Of a stretch of DNA of 64,000 nt, positions 63,625-64,000 are shown in pieces. Each line of letters starts with the position of its first letter. Positions within the stretch are counted from its first letter, which is position 1. A program made the position numbers and the translations under genes. This stretch comes from Octopus sinensis (Eukaryota). The notes beneath the pieces are model-generated. The model made no database searches. It saw only the letters and a list, made by a program, of their open reading frames with translations, and was not told where the DNA came from. The stretch lies in contig NC_043010.1 of the NCBI RefSeq assembly GCF_006345805.1, positions 14,074,001 through 14,138,000 of the forward strand, written 5' to 3'.

Positions 63625-64000
63625 TTCTATTGAGGAGAGTAGTGAGTTTCTCACTGCAAAGCCAACGCCATGTTGATGAGGTTCTTCTGGATCTCTTCCC
63701 TGCCGAAAGAAGGTGAAGTCCTGCTCTTTGAGTTTGCCGTTTGAGGGAAGTCTTGTCTCCTGCAGCCCAGCAATATCTATGTCGAGCCTCTTTAGTTCAC
63801 GGTCAATGATGGCCGTTTTCCTTGTGTCTTCAATCCTGAGAAGATCATCAGATATTCCAGGACACATGGTCCTGACATTCCAGCTTGCCAACCGCAGAAC
63901 TGGTGTTTTCTTGACTTTTAGGGAGTGTTTGTCCAGGATAGGACTACACAGCCACGGCAGGAAATGTATCAGGACATGAAATATAAAAGCCGGACTAGAC
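63625..64000 (-). mobile_element. RTE-clade LINE 5' fragment, AP-endonuclease domain
   Basis: LASWNVRTM...ELKRLDIDIAGLQETRL...GVGFAVRNSLL; truncated at an (AAT)n tract. Confidence 0.88.

Overview
AT-rich, repeat-dense animal genomic DNA. The SINE/MITE families look like those of an octopus (coleoid cephalopod); this is inferred from repeat recognition, not a database match. One complete protein-coding gene could be assembled by hand on the + strand: a mitochondrial-type glycerol-3-phosphate acyltransferase (GPAM/GPAT1). It has 22 coding exons from ATG 180 to TGA 46528, all introns are GT-AG with consistent phases, and it encodes about 862 aa with all four acyltransferase motifs intact. The rest is intronic or intergenic and contains tRNA-derived SINEs (several in head-to-tail arrays), TTAA/piggyBac-type, hAT, Mutator-type and Ginger-type MITEs, non-autonomous Helitrons, CR1 and RTE LINE fragments, two decayed Tc1-like elements and many micro/minisatellites. 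Three observations stand out. (1) Minimal type-I hammerhead-ribozyme motifs with self-complementary helix III occur in four unrelated intronic repeats, one inside a 317-bp near-perfect palindrome. (2) A 128-bp tandem triplication copies the GPAT exon-3 splice acceptor, and both extra copies lead to a premature stop. (3) The Tc1-like elements have DD36E rather than DD34E spacing. Repeat boundaries were read by eye and may be a few bases off. Most short ORFs in the supplied track are microsatellite or SINE artefacts.
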